Shown here in pieces: positions 1 to 11,193 of a stretch of DNA of 64,000 nucleotides. The notes beneath the pieces were generated by a model. It was not told the DNA's origin. It did no database searches and worked only from the letters and a program-made list of their open reading frames with translations. Origin of the DNA: Schizochytrium sp. TIO01 (taxonomy: Eukaryota > Protista > Bigyra: Labyrinthulomycetes); the NCBI GenBank assembly GCA_004764695.1, contig SMSO01000033.1, forward strand, positions 2,170,001 to 2,234,000, written 5' to 3'. Made by a program: the position numbers and the translations under genes. The first letter of the stretch is position 1, and every line of letters starts with the position of its first letter.

Positions 1-3000
1 GCAGCGTCAAAACCTAGAGAAGACACAATACCATTGTAAGTCTATCAATTAGAGTCCAAAATAGTAGGAAACATATGCGCGCAGAAGCTCAAGATTTCAC
101 AGCGCGACCCAACGGCCTGCGCACTTGTAAAAGCAACATTTTGCAGATGACGATGAATAACAGAAGAGGTGACTGGCTCTAGGTATCTGCTAGTAAGAAG
201 GGCGAAAATAGGATACTTCATGTGATCTGCAAATGCCAAGTCGATCGACTGTGAAGATAATGATTTCATTCAAAGCCAGCCATGCAACAAGAAAGATTGA
301 ATCATTGCTTACTGCGAGACCTTCCTTCTTTTGTAAGACAAGGAAGCTTAAGCTAACACCCTTTTAAGTTGGCCTGGACATTTCTTCTTGAACATTCGCA
401 ACGAGCAGAGCGTCAAAGCCGTTGACCTTGGTCTTCCAACAGCTAATCCTCAAGAGCATAAGCCTCTTCTGAGGATGCCATCTTCGCTTCGAAGGTAATC
501 CACGCCAAAGTTCGTTCGTTTTATAGTTTCCTGAAGCTGCATCAGTTTCAAGGGAAAACACTTGGTTTTTCATTTTTTTTTTTTAATATGTTCTTTAATG
601 TGTGAAGCGTGAGTAAATAAGACATAATACTTGTATAACCCTTTGTAGGCCTGGGTAACCTAATTTGCGAAGAGGATGTGTCAAGGCTTACAACGTGGAG
701 CAGAGCAGCTTCAAAGTATGGTATAAACTCTACCTACTGCATCTTTGAACTCCGTGCCTCTAATCCATTTGCGTGCTAAGTTTAAAATAAACCTGGAGTG
801 AACTCATAGAGAGTCAAACTACTCGCGCATCTCTTTGTTTACAAAAGAATAGATATGAGACATGCTGCTGGATTTCGCCTGGTGCTTATTACTTCCTCGT
901 CATGCATTCACGTTAAACGCAACACGCCCTAAAAAGCATGCACTAAATTTAGTACCACCCAGTTCTTTTCTGAAGTATTCTCCAGCAAGACTGTTAAGCT
1001 ATGGCCGCTAGATGGTGGAATTCCGTACTGCCTGTGTTACAGAAAATTAGCGCCAAGCCTGGACTCTTGTAGAGCTTTGGAGTATGCTTGCATAACGTTA
1101 CCTCACGTTTGGGGTTGAAGGAGGGTTTTCTCGTACACTCAACGAGCTCTGCTAATTCAATAGTTTTCTTTCGTTGACTGTTTAATTAGAATTTGAGAAA
1201 TATAAAAAGCTCCCTAGACTCGTGCCTGCCTGGTACCCTGGGTAGGTAGGTACTATGATGGCATGGCCAAAAGTTAGCTGGCTGGACACGGCTAAGGAAA
1301 AATGAACCTATTAACCGTAGCAAAGCACAGGTCAATTATGTTCCTACCCGTTTAACATTGCTGTGTTCAAGATGGTATATACCCAATCATCAGATTTGTA
1401 CCCCCTTTTGCTCTCTTTCTTTCCTCTATCTCTCCTCTCTCCTAGCTTCTCTTCCTTTTTGTTTTCACGTTTCCAAACTTATTAGGAAAGCCGAGTCTTG
1501 TCCCTGATTAACGGATCTATGGGTACAGCTCTAAGGACTACATATCGGGTAACAGCCTACTCAGAGGGTACTATATGCCTTGGTCAGGTGCTGTCACCTC
1601 AAACTACCAAATACTATTACTTTTGGCTGAATTGGCCTACTCCTGTCAGTGTAGCTGGGGTTACTTTGCTCAAGACTTCTCTATACAAATGGTAGCTTCT
1701 TTTCTTTGTTTTCTAGTTTACTTCGGTGGGCAAGTTTTTTCTTCCGTCATTGCTTCGTAATCTCTGTCATCCTTATCAGCACCTACCTATAGCTGCTCCT
1801 GGATAATGGAAACGGTTCTACAAAGAACCTAGCATTCAACTTTATCAATTTGCTTTCCCACAAACGTACACGATGAATACAATGAACCAATTCAGAATGG
1901 AAAATCACCGTAGCAAAGGCCCCACGTCTGGATGTTTTGCGAAAACAATTGCTGGTGAACTGTGCATCTTTTGCAACCGAAGTTTTGAAAATGAGAATCA
2001 CTACACGTGAAAATGTCTAACTATTAGTTCAACTTTTAACCTAGAAGTTTCTCATTTTTGTGGATTCTTGCTTTTTTACACAGCAGAAAAAGACACAACA
2101 AATAATCTTTTATCCCAAACGACGGAAAATCTTATCTCATTGTTCTTTGCCTATCTTTTGAACTCGTTTTGATTCTGCTACAACGCTTATCTCTTCCCAT
2201 CTCCGCTGAAGGCGAATTTGCATAGCAAGTATTCATTTTTCTTCCAATGCATACTATTTGATATGCATTTCAGGTCTGAACTAAATTCTGATTCTAGGTT
2301 CAATTTTGCATGGTTTACTTTCCGAGCGTCCTCTAAATCAACAAGTGAGCCGCTTCGGTTCTTTCATCTTCTTGCCTGTTCTCCTGGTATATAGTAGTAT
2401 TACACACCGGTATGTGCTTCTAGTTCTACCAAAGCACACGCTTAGCCATACTTCACTGATAATCACATCCTCTTTTTAAGATAAAAAGTTTATTTTAAAA
2501 ATAGATTAACTTTTCTTTCCTTTTTCCCAATTACAGGAAGAGGGTGCACAGTCGAAATGGCACGGCCGTGTACAGCTAGCCTCCATCCAACTCTGCTACG
2601 ACGCGACACCAAGCGCAGAATCCACGACGAATCCAAAACAGTCTAGGAAAAGGATCGACTCGCTGGACTGCCTGTCCTAGAACACCTTTGGACTGCTGAA
2701 AGGTGCCCAAACCTAGGTCGTGGCCTCGTGAAACCTAAGCCAAGAGCAAGCAAGACCTCATTGCATAGTGCACATCGTAACGGGTCTCCTTGAAAGGAGA
2801 AAGGAGAATTTATAGGAAGTGACACGTTTAAAAGGAGCAGACAAGAAACGAAAAGAGAAGCAGAAGAAGACTCACACACTCATACGACGTCAAGGGAAGC
2901 CTTAGTTTTAAATAGATAGTACTACGATTATTCGCCAATCGAAACGTTGACACTGTTATACTCGCCGACATATTCGCTTAGTTTTACAAGGCAACAATAC

Positions 3001-3353
3001 TTTAAGACCAACATTTGACGTGGCGTCCTTGCTGAGACGAAGTACATCCTAACCCTACAGCAGCTCGTTGCATTCGGCGCCCAGGGAGAGAGTGAAGCGT
3101 CGGGCGGCTCTGAGTAAGGTCCCTTGGCCAAAGGTCTCTCTCTATCCACTAGACAGTGAACTCGCAGTTCGTGATCGATCGGCTGTATTACTGAGACAAT
3201 ATAGTGCTTTTCTATTCATCAAGCTCAAAATACGAGCCAAGAACTCGTGATCTGAACTACTGAATGTCAAGTTAAATTGAGGAGCGACGAGGATAGACAG
3301 CCCTCTTCACTTGGTCTATCAGAAGTAATCTTGGGCAGCAAGGGCTGCTCAAC

Positions 3354-6300
3354 ATGCCCCTCTATCTCCAAAAGCGACGAACCTCGTCACGCTCGGTAGC
3401 GCCTTCAGATTATGATAAATCGCAAACTATTAGAAGCCTGCTCGAGTCAGGTGGAGCTCCTCTCACAAGCGAGTCTCGAAGAAATCAAGTATTTGGTACT
3501 TTCGGTTTATTCGGCTATGTGCTGGCTAGTTCATTGATCCCAACCTTCATTACTTTCAGAGATTATGATACAGACACAAAACATTTAGCAGGGGCAGTGG
3601 CTACAGCTTGCATCGCCAATATCATTTTCACCATCGAAACGCTAGCAAGCGTACAATTCAGGATATTGTTTTTTCTTCAAAAGATGAAGAACCCCATCAC
3701 CCTTCTGACAACTATACCATGGTCTCTTATTTCGTTGGCAGTTTTTGGAGACTCGATTTATACCCATGTAGCACTTTCTCTTTTCATTCTACGTTTGGGA
3801 AGCGCTACGGTTACGTACTGGCCATCATTTCTTGCCATGATTAAAAGAATATTTCCGAACCCACCTTTACCGATTATTCGCTTAACATGGCTTGCTGTTG
3901 TCATTCTGTGTATACAGGCTTTAACTTCAAGCACATATTACTTCCTCGGTACACACAGTACTGTAGGCTCTTCATGGATTGACGTTGATGATCTTCGTGA
4001 TGATAACTCCACAAGACAATTGGAAGATCCTAGTTCCGCGGGTACGCTTCGGTTTGCGCGGTCTTTTTATTATGTGTGGCAAACTCTTCTTACTTTGGGT
4101 TACGGTGATGTAGCTCCTGTGGCTGCCATTGAGCGCGTCTTTGGACTTATCCTTTGTCTCGCTGGAGTCTTTTTGATGGCTTACATGATTGCAAACTTGA
4201 CATCGTTCCTTGTCAATCTCGATTCCACGCCAGCTGCTCATCGTCACACTGTAGATAGCGTCGATGCTTTTCTCTCTGCTCAAGAAATTCCCTCTGTGAC
4301 ACGAAAGATTGTTCGGCGAGCACTTGATCGGGTTTGGATACGCTCGAAAGGTCTCACACGCAAACGGGTCTTCGATGACTTGCCTCCAGCACTTACGAGA
4401 AAGATCCTGGAATTCAAAGCCCAAGCTATAATTTCCTCTCCACTGTTTTGGGAACCAGAAACTAGGGACCCATGCTTTCGAGTCATTTTGTATCTAGTAG
4501 ATAAAGTTGAGCCTTCGATTTTTGATGTTGGCCGGACCATCCGTGACCCCTGGGATATGATACCATATCGCCCTGGGCTTATGTGGTTCCTTATGAATGG
4601 TACTGCATCGAAAAGACGACCAAAGAATAACCGTGCAGCACTAAGAATGGCTCTAGGGGATCCTGCAACACCAGTGAGAAGATCCTTCCGTGCTCAAGCG
4701 CTCTCTAAATTCACTACCTCAAGTCATGCCGAAGCACCTGGGCAAGATCCGGGAGAGAAATACCAGGTCAATGATCCTCGAGTCCATCCCAACGATATGG
4801 AATATGCAGCTCTAGAGCGTAGTTTTACGAACTCATCAGCTGTATTGTGGGGAGGCACTGCCAAAGGACGCAACCTGTACGAGCCACATGAAGATCTCAT
4901 CTCCGAGATTCACGATAACTACCCTAATATTCTCCTACCTGGAAGGTCCGTTGGCGCCCTTGGCTTCTTCAATGTTTTGCATTGCCCTCCCCCAAGATAC
5001 GTGGCTCTAACACGATGTGAAATTCTGTTTCTGAATTATGTTGATTTTCGTCGCATGGCACTTCTCTTCCCAGAATGGAAAATGGAAGAGACATCCTCAC
5101 ACGTGGTTCGCGCCATGGATGATAGAAGGAGGACAGAAAGTGATGAAGAGCCACAGATCGTGTACACGCCCAAGCTACCTATTGAGCTTGACTCTAGAAT
5201 CATCAATCAACTGGATGCAGAATGTTCTTACTCGTCTCTAGCGGTAGAAAGCGACCCTGAAGACGGTAATTCTACAGATGACAGTACTGGACCGGGTGAT
5301 GAAATGAAGCTAAATCATAGTTCTGATGACACACTGAATCTCTCAAGCTCTTTAAAACGATCAGGAGGAGCGACCAAATCGAAAAGGCGAACATCCTCAA
5401 AAGGTAACCCGCGCCGAGCAAGCACAAAAATTGCTGCGCTCATGCAGCAGCAAATCAATGAGAAGGGTCAACAGAAAAAAGGTTGGGCAAAACTCCTTGC
5501 CAGATTCGAACACAAGCCAGGAAGCCTGATTGATGTGACCTGGGATTGTGTACTGGCGATTGTCTTTACCTCGTATGGAATTTTCATTCCTATTCACATT
5601 GCCATGATTGTTGCAGGCATTCCTCTGCCTGCTGCATCATTGCTCCTAGGCTTTGGGGCGTTCATTGGAGATTCAATTGCCATTGCGAGCTGGAGGCTCC
5701 GACCTATTCTCTGTCCTCGAGACGAATCCGATGCTGAAAAGAAAAAGTCGGCAAATGTAACTGACGCCTTGATCCTGCAAACATCTGGCCATCGACTAAG
5801 TGGTGCATTTATATCTGCTGAGAACCGTCGAGCATCAAGGCAAGGCTCGATGTCACGTCGGAAATCTGTATCGACCCAAGTTGCACTTTCCCAGGGTTTG
5901 TGGTCATCACACCAAGAAAAATTGGCCCGCGTGCGTGCAGAAATGGCTTCTCGCGTGTCGCGAGTGATCAATCAAGCTCTTTCTTTTGCTGAGATTCTCT
6001 TATCGTGTCTCATGTTTATAACCTTGGCCCTTTCCTTTGCAATAGCTCTAGGAAACTACTCGAATGATCGCCAGCAAGAGCTTCGACGAGTCATGCATAT
6101 AATGCGTACGCCCTTCCTTATCCGACTCTTTAGCTCAGGTCGTTTAATTGATCGATTGTGTAATCATGTCCAGATGTGGATTGCACAACGGAAGCTTGCC
6201 GAGGCTGTTCGTCTTGATGACTTAACTCCAAATAACACGCCAGGGGATGAACTCATAGCGAAAAATCGGATGGCAAATAGTGAAATCGAAGAGTTGGCGG

Positions 6301-9300
6301 GAGGGGAGAAAAATAAGGTGTTCATCTCTGCGCGACTCTGTGTGTATTTTGTCTTGTGGGCTCACTTTACCGCATGCTTCGGCCTGGTAATCGCTGAAGA
6401 AAGTAGTATCGGATCAACGCGAACATCAGTGGCTAGTAAGTACATTGTGGGCATTTATTGGTCTCTCACAACAATTACAACCACTGGGTTTGGAGACATA
6501 GTACCTGATTCAACTCGTGATTCTTTGGTTACAACCACCTTTGCGATCATTGGTATTGCAGTGTACTCCTGCTTGGTGTCATTTATCGGGACTCTATTGA
6601 AGGATACGGAATTCTCAGATCACAATATGACACATCAACGAACTTGTGTGATGGCACTTCTTTTTGATAAAGAGATCTCGATGCATATACAAACAAAGGT
6701 GTCTCAATATTTACAATACGTTGAAGCACGGGATATTCTTGCCTTTCGTAGAGTTCTTGGGATCTCAGAAGACTTGCAGGCCCAAAGGTTTCGTCACTAC
6801 TCTCGGGTAAAGCGAGATAACATCCTCTACAACGTCTCCTCAGTGCCAATTAAGGAAGAAAGTGTGTTGTCAAAAACTAGTCCGCCCTCAAGTCATGACT
6901 TCCTGAATTACTCAACCTTCCTAATAAAAAGTTGCGACCGGACAACTTGTCCCGAGTCATTTGATTCAGATTTTCTTTGTGCTCGGGAACGCGATCAACT
7001 ATTGTTTGATCTGACTAGAGACATTTTAAAGAGCTCAACACTTCTTTCAAATGTTTCTGAAATTTTTCTTCATGAGGCTTGTACCCTATTAGACTACCGA
7101 GTCGTAAGTTGTGGAGATATTGTGATTTCAGAGTCTGACCCAGAATGGAGCTTGTTTTTTCTGTTTCATGGTTCCATGGAAGTAAGGGGCGAGAACGACG
7201 TAAAAATAAGAAACATTGTAGAAGGTCAAGTTTTTGGCGAACAATCTTTTGCCCTAATGTCACATACAATCCGAGAAAACTTTGACAATGATGATCATAT
7301 CAAAACAAAAGATTTCGAAACAGACAGAGAAGAAGACTTTGAAAACCAAGCTGACGCTGCACTTGATCTCAGAACCTCTAGAGGCGGCATGAAAGGAAGA
7401 ACTACTTCAACAACTGATCATAGTCGTGTTATTGCTTTAACACCATGTGAGCTATGGGTCTTGCAGGGTCGTTCTCTCCGATATCTCGAGTCAATGTTTC
7501 CGCAAGATAAGGAAAAGATCATCGCAGCTGAAACAGCCTTGAACATTGTTGAGCATCGCGACACTGTATCAAACAACCTTCGAAGAGGTGGCAAACTTGC
7601 GAAGATGGCGGGTGCAGAAGAACTCGTTGTTGCTCAGCGTAAAGGTCATACTGTCTTTGCAATCAATTCCCGGACTCAACAATGGTGGAAACTTTTGATG
7701 TTTTTCGTGCTGATGTGGAATTTATTCATTTTTCCTTTGGACCTTGCCTTTGCCTGGAGTATGAATTCCCCTGGAAGACCACACATTCTCGAGAACATGC
7801 TTGATGTTTTGCTCATCATCGATGTATTTCTGCGATTAGAGTTCTTCGAACTTGAAATCACCGATGGTGAGCGAATTTCAGATCCCAAAGAATTTAGGCC
7901 GCTTTATCTCCGATCATTGTATGGGATCGCTGATATCATTTCCGCTGTGCCAATTGATCTTTTTGTGGTGGCAGCAGGAAAAGGACTTATTCCCGTCTCA
8001 CGCATCAATAAGCTATTTCGAGCTGTGCGTTTGTTTGACCATGTTTCGTCTCTTGGAAGCCATGTTAAGAATCAAGCACACAAAAGCATTATCACAATCT
8101 CTAAGCTGATATTTGTTTTCTTGCTAGTGGCCCATTGGGAAGGATGTCTTTTTTATTCTGTAGGCATGGCTTCAGTGATCAATGGAGAGGCATCATGGGT
8201 TGATGATAATCATACAGGTTTGTTGCAGCTTCCAGGAGATAACAGTCAACAATCGGAACAAAATAAAGGAGTGGCTTTTATTGACGATAGTAGCAAATGG
8301 TACGAACATTATATTAGTGCATTATATTTCGCAGTCGCCGCTAGCACGTCTGTAGGTTATGGCGATGTGGTACCTGTCTCGCATCTCGAAGTTCTCTATA
8401 CCATTGCTGTCTTGCTCTTTGCGGGTTTGCTGTACGCTGTGATTATTGCTTTTTTGGAAGACATTGTGGCACAATCAGACTTGACCTCTACTTTGTACCA
8501 AAAGAAGGCTGATCTTCTTGGAGCATTTACTCAAATGCATCGCTTACCAAATAAGGTAAAAGCTGGTATTCGCAGCTACCTTTTTCGCATTTGGATGCAC
8601 CAGAAAGGTGTCAAAACAGAGAAAATTCTGAACTATCTGGGCAAGTCTCTCAGAGAGCAGATCACAATTGAAATTGTTGGGGAGCAAAACCTTCGAAAAA
8701 CCCCCGTCATTGGACCATCTCGTCTGTGGCGGTTTCTTGTGCATGATTTTAAATTCGATCGCTATCGCAGAAACTCTCTATTATACTACGCTGGTCAAGA
8801 TGCGGAAAATGTTTTCTTTATTCTGAAAGGTACTGTGGAAATTGTTTCTCCTGACCTTGAAAAGGTATTCTACACAGTTGAAGCAGGAGGGATATCTGGC
8901 ATAGATAGCTTTTTCAGACCGCTTCAACCTGGATATATGGCGTCCGCGCGCTGTAAAGGTAGTTGCGAAGTTGCAATATTGAATCGAAGGGTTATAAATG
9001 AAGCTTTAGCCAACAATCCCCACCTAATGAATCTATTCAAAGAAGAACTGCGTGTATTTCTTAGCAAGCCTAGTCAATTAGAACACACAAAGAGGAACCT
9101 GGACAAGCGCAAACTAACCAAGATGTTTCAAGATGGTGAGGAGCGAGAGAACTCGGGCAAGAGAAAATTTGACCTCAACAACTACATTCTTTTACCGTCA
9201 GACCCTGGCTACACGTTGTTTTATATATTCGTGTTTGCTATCACGATTGTCAACGGAATTATTGTTCCTTTGTGGGCTACTGCCGCAGCGTCTGAGGCTT

Positions 9301-11018
9301 CAACAATTTATACTTCCTCCACGTCATTAGTTTTCGTAATTGTCAATATACTCATGGACATGGTTCTTTGGCTTTTTATTGGCTTGCAACTGACCGTTAT
9401 TGCTCAGGTTAAGAATGGCCAAGTTATGAATACAGTTTCGAGTATTCGACATGAATACATGAGATCAGGGAACTTTGCCATGGATTTAATAGCAACTTTT
9501 CCACTAGACTTCATCGCACTCGCAGCAGGGGCAAGCTTAAGAGTCGTCTTTGCTCTCCGTGTTTTGAGATTGCTCTGGCATCATCATTTACCCGTCATTG
9601 TCAATACATTTAATAATTCGATTGATGCTTCATCTAGTGTTACTATATCAAGCGGGTACAGGCATCTTCTGAAAATTGTTGCGACTGTCATCATTGCCAC
9701 ACATTGGTTAGCATGCGGATATGGACGTTTATTATTATATACACGGGAAGACTACCAGATCGTGAGTATAACAGGCTCCTACATCAATCACCTATATTAT
9801 ACGTTCTACTCCGTCACCACAATTGGATATGGTAATGTGGAAGTCATAGGTGTATCTGAGAAGATTTATGCCATCATGGTTATGGTTGTTGGCTCATTTC
9901 TCTGTAATGCTGGCATTGTCTCAACATTGGTCTCAATTGTTGAAATTGAGGATTCAACTGCTGCTGCAGGTAATCGTCGGAAGGATGCCGCATTGCAAAT
10001 GGCCAACTGCTTCCAGTATCCGGACCACATAAAGAATATCATTCGTACATATTATGATAATATCTCTGAAAAGAATGGCGTAAATGATCAAGAGTGCCTG
10101 GATAGTTTACCATTATCTCTGAAGAGCACGGTCATGGACTTCCTTGCATTTAGTGCTGTTCGAGCTAGTCCAGCGCGGTGCAAGTGTATTTGGGATTTCC
10201 GAGACGGCCTTTTAGTGACCTTAGTTCGAAAGATGCGCATTGAGACGACCATTCCAATGGAGTTGCTTTATAAAGCAAACGAGCCTATGTTCCACGTCAC
10301 AATTGTAATGCAAGGATGTGTCCTTGTCTTTGGTGCTCATGATATTCGTCCCGAAGCTTTGAATCAACTTGCATCATCACCGTCTGCTCAAGAGCGCTCA
10401 CGCAATGGCTCTGTAATTGAAGAATATCTGCCTCCAGAGCAGCGTAGCCTTGAACTATGGAACCCAGGACTCCTTCTCCCTAGTCTAGCATGGGGTGAAG
10501 CATCGCCCGTTACCTTGGTATCAGGAAACTTTTGTGAGATGCTACTATGCGACAAGGATACATATGAAGCTATCGCTGCAATGAGACCTTGCATTGGTGG
10601 TCTATATTCTTCAATTTCAGAGCTATGTGACTCAAAGGAGGACCTGAAACACCTGTGCACATTCGCGAAACGTAGAGTTATCTCTGAGAGTATTGATTTT
10701 GTTCAAGCTGTGAAAGATTACCGGAATGCTCCAAACAATACTACAATTCTGGAAAAGCGTGCACGCGTCATCGTTGATCGTTTCATCCAACCCGAGAGTG
10801 AAGAGTCGATCAATATTAATCCTGAACTTGTGAGCTCGATTGTTGATCGTGTAACAAAAGATCCGAGCCACGAAATATTTGATGAAGCTTATAAAATTGC
10901 AGTATCAAGTCTTGAAAAGGACATCCTACCTCAATTTAAGGCCTCGGAAGAATATGAAAAAATGATTGCAAACATTCATCGAAGATCAGTCTTAGATTTT
11001 TTCCCTGAATCCTTGTAA
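3354..11018 (+). CDS. Four-repeat (pseudo-tetrameric) cyclic-nucleotide-binding-domain K+ channel (CNGK/tetraKCNG-like) with C-terminal RGS domain
   Basis: 2554-aa uninterrupted ORF. Four pore signatures: TLGYGD (~4092), TTGFGD (~6480), SVGYGD (~8349), TIGYGN (~9819). Each is preceded by TM helices and followed by a C-linker/CNBD-like region (e.g. GQVFGEQSF). The C-terminal ~125 aa (LCTFAKRRVISESIDFVQAVKDYR...IVDRFIQPESEESININPEL...IFDEAYKIAVSSLEKDILPQFKASEEY) match the RGS-box pattern. Confidence 0.93.
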   Translation: MPLYLQKRRTSSRSVAPSDYDKSQTIRSLLESGGAPLTSESRRNQVFGTFGLFGYVLASSLIPTFITFRDYDTDTKHLAGAVATACIANIIFTIETLASVQFRILFFLQKMKNPITLLTTIPWSLISLAVFGDSIYTHVALSLFILRLGSATVTYWPSFLAMIKRIFPNPPLPIIRLTWLAVVILCIQALTSSTYYFLGTHSTVGSSWIDVDDLRDDNSTRQLEDPSSAGTLRFARSFYYVWQTLLTLGYGDVAPVAAIERVFGLILCLAGVFLMAYMIANLTSFLVNLDSTPAAHRHTVDSVDAFLSAQEIPSVTRKIVRRALDRVWIRSKGLTRKRVFDDLPPALTRKILEFKAQAIISSPLFWEPETRDPCFRVILYLVDKVEPSIFDVGRTIRDPWDMIPYRPGLMWFLMNGTASKRRPKNNRAALRMALGDPATPVRRSFRAQALSKFTTSSHAEAPGQDPGEKYQVNDPRVHPNDMEYAALERSFTNSSAVLWGGTAKGRNLYEPHEDLISEIHDNYPNILLPGRSVGALGFFNVLHCPPPRYVALTRCEILFLNYVDFRRMALLFPEWKMEETSSHVVRAMDDRRRTESDEEPQIVYTPKLPIELDSRIINQLDAECSYSSLAVESDPEDGNSTDDSTGPGDEMKLNHSSDDTLNLSSSLKRSGGATKSKRRTSSKGNPRRASTKIAALMQQQINEKGQQKKGWAKLLARFEHKPGSLIDVTWDCVLAIVFTSYGIFIPIHIAMIVAGIPLPAASLLLGFGAFIGDSIAIASWRLRPILCPRDESDAEKKKSANVTDALILQTSGHRLSGAFISAENRRASRQGSMSRRKSVSTQVALSQGLWSSHQEKLARVRAEMASRVSRVINQALSFAEILLSCLMFITLALSFAIALGNYSNDRQQELRRVMHIMRTPFLIRLFSSGRLIDRLCNHVQMWIAQRKLAEAVRLDDLTPNNTPGDELIAKNRMANSEIEELAGGEKNKVFISARLCVYFVLWAHFTACFGLVIAEESSIGSTRTSVASKYIVGIYWSLTTITTTGFGDIVPDSTRDSLVTTTFAIIGIAVYSCLVSFIGTLLKDTEFSDHNMTHQRTCVMALLFDKEISMHIQTKVSQYLQYVEARDILAFRRVLGISEDLQAQRFRHYSRVKRDNILYNVSSVPIKEESVLSKTSPPSSHDFLNYSTFLIKSCDRTTCPESFDSDFLCARERDQLLFDLTRDILKSSTLLSNVSEIFLHEACTLLDYRVVSCGDIVISESDPEWSLFFLFHGSMEVRGENDVKIRNIVEGQVFGEQSFALMSHTIRENFDNDDHIKTKDFETDREEDFENQADAALDLRTSRGGMKGRTTSTTDHSRVIALTPCELWVLQGRSLRYLESMFPQDKEKIIAAETALNIVEHRDTVSNNLRRGGKLAKMAGAEELVVAQRKGHTVFAINSRTQQWWKLLMFFVLMWNLFIFPLDLAFAWSMNSPGRPHILENMLDVLLIIDVFLRLEFFELEITDGERISDPKEFRPLYLRSLYGIADIISAVPIDLFVVAAGKGLIPVSRINKLFRAVRLFDHVSSLGSHVKNQAHKSIITISKLIFVFLLVAHWEGCLFYSVGMASVINGEASWVDDNHTGLLQLPGDNSQQSEQNKGVAFIDDSSKWYEHYISALYFAVAASTSVGYGDVVPVSHLEVLYTIAVLLFAGLLYAVIIAFLEDIVAQSDLTSTLYQKKADLLGAFTQMHRLPNKVKAGIRSYLFRIWMHQKGVKTEKILNYLGKSLREQITIEIVGEQNLRKTPVIGPSRLWRFLVHDFKFDRYRRNSLLYYAGQDAENVFFILKGTVEIVSPDLEKVFYTVEAGGISGIDSFFRPLQPGYMASARCKGSCEVAILNRRVINEALANNPHLMNLFKEELRVFLSKPSQLEHTKRNLDKRKLTKMFQDGEERENSGKRKFDLNNYILLPSDPGYTLFYIFVFAITIVNGIIVPLWATAAASEASTIYTSSTSLVFVIVNILMDMVLWLFIGLQLTVIAQVKNGQVMNTVSSIRHEYMRSGNFAMDLIATFPLDFIALAAGASLRVVFALRVLRLLWHHHLPVIVNTFNNSIDASSSVTISSGYRHLLKIVATVIIATHWLACGYGRLLLYTREDYQIVSITGSYINHLYYTFYSVTTIGYGNVEVIGVSEKIYAIMVMVVGSFLCNAGIVSTLVSIVEIEDSTAAAGNRRKDAALQMANCFQYPDHIKNIIRTYYDNISEKNGVNDQECLDSLPLSLKSTVMDFLAFSAVRASPARCKCIWDFRDGLLVTLVRKMRIETTIPMELLYKANEPMFHVTIVMQGCVLVFGAHDIRPEALNQLASSPSAQERSRNGSVIEEYLPPEQRSLELWNPGLLLPSLAWGEASPVTLVSGNFCEMLLCDKDTYEAIAAMRPCIGGLYSSISELCDSKEDLKHLCTFAKRRVISESIDFVQAVKDYRNAPNNTTILEKRARVIVDRFIQPESEESININPELVSSIVDRVTKDPSHEIFDEAYKIAVSSLEKDILPQFKASEEYEKMIANIHRRSVLDFFPESL

Positions 11019-11193
11019 AATATGAACTACATAGAATATTATTCGCAATTTTAATCGTTGTTCAACAGCCTTCCCATGGACTAACATAAACTAACTTTTG
11101 GCATTTAAGCGCTCCACCATACTAGATGATTAAGCAGACCATAACCTAAATTTCCTAAACATCGCACGGCTATAGGAGGTTAAGCATCATACT

